Assembly: GCA_003344405.1 (NCBI GenBank)
Contig: NOWV01000018.1
Span: forward strand, 744,001 to 808,000
Length of the DNA stretch: 64,000 bases
Origin: Trichoplax sp. H2
Lineage: Eukaryota
Reading direction: 5' to 3'
Shown: in pieces, positions 61,368 through 64,000 of the stretch
How positions within the stretch are numbered: the first letter of the stretch is position 1
Layout: each line of letters opens with the position of its first letter
Translations under genes and position numbers: made by a program
Notes under the pieces: generated by a model
The model's database searches: none
What the model was told of the DNA's origin: nothing
Seen by the model: the letters and a program-made list of their open reading frames with translations, nothing else

Positions 61368-63946
61368 ATGGGACGTTTGCCAGTTGGAAAGGCTACTGGT
61401 CATGTTTTGGCCAGTCAAAGTGCGGATATTGACTTAAATCGGTTCTACGTTACAGCTTATTCGACAAATTATAATAAAAAAGAATTCGAACCAAAACCTG
61501 GTCGACACATTGGGACTGGTTACGCTAGTAATCTAAGGTCTGCAATAGGATATAGTAAAAAATTGGATGATGTTGACAATCCAGCTATGGGGTAAGATGG
61601 TTTCTATCCGTAATAAAATATATGTATATAAAATACAGTAATATTACTAATTTATCATAAGACTTGGACGGGCTGATTTTTGAATACGTTTTTGAAATTA
61701 AGGCTATAAATGTTGTTTAAATATGATACTAATCGTGATACGGTTCATGATAGACAAATACTTGTGGATGCTTACGCCAGTGGAACATTATTAAGAGATT
61801 ATAAGGGATCTGTTCTGGCTGATGGCAAAGAAGCATTACCTAGTATCCATATGCAAACTTTGAGTGGTTTCGCGAAAGATATTCCAAAAACATTAACAGT
61901 CAGTAAAGAGGTAAAAGCATACTATAAGGGAAACAATAAACTAAATGTTTCCTTCACAGTACCTGTCTTCCTAAAATGACAATTTCACTGTAACTTTATA
62001 TTATCCTTGCTTTTAGGTTAAACAGTCATTCTTTGATACCGATGGATCTAACAGTTTATTGCCTAAGCATCGAGCTCTCCTCTCAACACTCAAAAAGCAT
62101 GATCCAATTCGCGATGAAAATGAGGGCTATGTAAATTATTTACGATTGTTATTCTGTTACAAAACACAATCAATAATGTATAATTGCAATTTTGCTCGAT
62201 TATTCATCTTACGGATAATTTCTTAGTTTAGTCTCAAACTGTTATATTACATAAAAATATTTATGTGCATTAATGTTTCTGACTCGATTAAACTCAAAGG
62301 GCCCTGGTTACATGAAATCAGAAACCCTTGCCAAATTTCAGGGACAATCTCTACGTAGAGGTATGAGCCGTGTAATAAAGAAAAAATGAGATAAACTCTA
62401 TAAAATACAAAATTATTAGTAAATGTTTTGATAATTTATTGCTTTAAAATCTACTCTAAACTTTTTATATCTTACCGATGTGAACAGCTAATACGGCTGA
62501 TAGTACTATCGGTCGTAAAGAATTATCTGGTTTCTCCAAAGCATTTACGACGGAACCAATTACCTTTAGGGCATACACCGCTAAGGTAGAAAATACGAAA
62601 CTTCCTACTGTACGTTATCTCGTAAATTAGGAACTAATTTAAAATTCCAATCAATTTTCTAGCCAAATTATAGGCTACCTGATAGTGTAATGAGGCAAGA
62701 TTTTTCAAGTATTAAGAATTTATCTGTAAGTTTTGGCTTAAAATGGAAATATCCTCGTTGATACCAGACATTATCTGGCATATAGTGTTATATTCACTTG
62801 GAAATCTTGGGAAGCTAACAATAATAAGAAAATTTTCTTTAAGATAAAAATTTATACTATTTTGTCTGCTTGATATTTATTAAAGATTTAGCATTAACAA
62901 ATTGCACTTGGTGGTTAAAGTTTTAACGAATTTGATGATGGTAACTAAATATACGCGTGTTGTTGCATATGTTAACGTTTCGTAGGGGAAAGAAACATTC
63001 CCATCTATTGCAAGCCGTGGTCGACGTTCAGATGGCTATACTGAAGGGACAACGACCAAGAACGTGTATTTGGAAAACAGTAATTTTCATGTAAGAGAAT
63101 TAAATAACTGGACCAGTGTAGTGGTGATAAATAAAGAATTACTAACAACGAGATGGATGTAGTTTTACCGAAGATTTACTGCTCGAGTACAATTTTAAAA
63201 TGTAAAATTTTGAAGTGAAAATTACACTGTCATCTTTAATTGCTTGATAAATAGGGATTTACTGATCAAGAGGATCTCCATCCCAAAGTCAGAGACTATT
63301 TAAAAAAGAAGGATCCTCTGGAATACGTTAACATCACGAATCCTACCAGGAATATAAAGTAAATGATACAACTATTAAGGCTATTTTATGTTTAGCTTTC
63401 TTCGGTTTTTACTATATTTACGTGAAAACAGATTTACACAATAATTTGTAGAATAGCTACAGTTGTGAAGATATATATTGTACTGCAATTAATGAGATTA
63501 CAGTATACTTATATCTTAATTAGCATCGAATAATTGGACTGTATAGTATTTGCGATGTTTAAAATGTCATCATGACATATATCCGATGAAAAAAATTTAA
63601 AGATAGTCGCTAACTGTTAAAGTCAATTCTTAAGGCTAAGCGCAGTATTTTTCCCCTGATATAAAATACCATAGTTTCCGAATACTTCTAATAAATATAG
63701 TAAATCGAAGCAAACTGGGGGAAAATCGTAGTATCTAATAGTTAGCCCTTCCACGTTATACTATACCTATCTTTTGCACAAAGTAAGATACGCTGTCATA
63801 GCATTTTTTCAATGGTATTGAGAAGTTTTCGTGACTCTTTTTCTTCCAATTCGCTTGGCAGTTTGAACAAGATCCAATTTGATGGCAGATTGGTTCGAGA
63901 CAAGTCTAATAGTGAAAAAATTGGTCTTGTTAAATATGGCAATAAG
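61368..63946 (+). CDS. PPP1R32: PPP1R32/SAXO4-like axonemal microtubule inner protein, 3'-truncated by the window; exons 61368-61591, 61754-61910, 62018-62130, 62300-62360, 62488-62585, 62662-62725, 62986-63090, 63255-63358, about 63862-63946
   Basis: N-terminus MGRLPVG...LNRFYVTAYSTNY...FEPKPGRHIGTGYASN...LDDVDNPAMG resembles PPP1R32; later GPGYMKSET and IGRKELSGFS motifs. Confidence 0.82.
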
Positions 63947-64000
63947 GTAATTAGTAGCAACGTTAAGATGAAGTACATCTAAATATTTCACTTTTAATCA

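Overview
AT-rich, gene-dense, intron-rich animal genomic DNA. The short introns, gene set and compactness suggest an early-branching metazoan, most likely a placozoan such as Trichoplax; this is inference, not a database match. Splicing by hand supports 13 protein-coding ORFs. In order: RWDD2 (-), ankyrin/coiled-coil protein (+), RPL41 (-, 25 aa over 3 coding exons, absent from the ORF track), MOCS2A then MOCS2B (+, apparently one bicistronic transcript, also absent from the track), POLR3C (-), ABHD8 (-), ADPGK (+), a secreted IGFBP-domain protein with an unassigned 16-Cys domain (+), CDK7 (-), Eco1/ESCO acetyltransferase (+), ALDH7A1 (-), mitochondrial ThrRS (+), plus PPP1R32/SAXO4 (+), which runs off the window end. 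Most notable observations: (1) a non-overlapping bicistronic MOCS2 with an ATG-free first cistron and an overlapping uORF; (2) a candidate H/ACA-like structured RNA between RPL41 and MOCS2; (3) a 5-bp-periodic GTAC(A/T/C) motif cloud marking housekeeping promoters; (4) a probable U12-type intron and three GC-AG introns; (5) a 158-bp hairpin-forming tandem array in a divergent promoter; (6) an RFX X-box upstream of the ciliary gene. A duplication flanking a 20-N gap is probably an assembly artefact. No tRNA, rRNA, CRISPR array or transposase was recognised.
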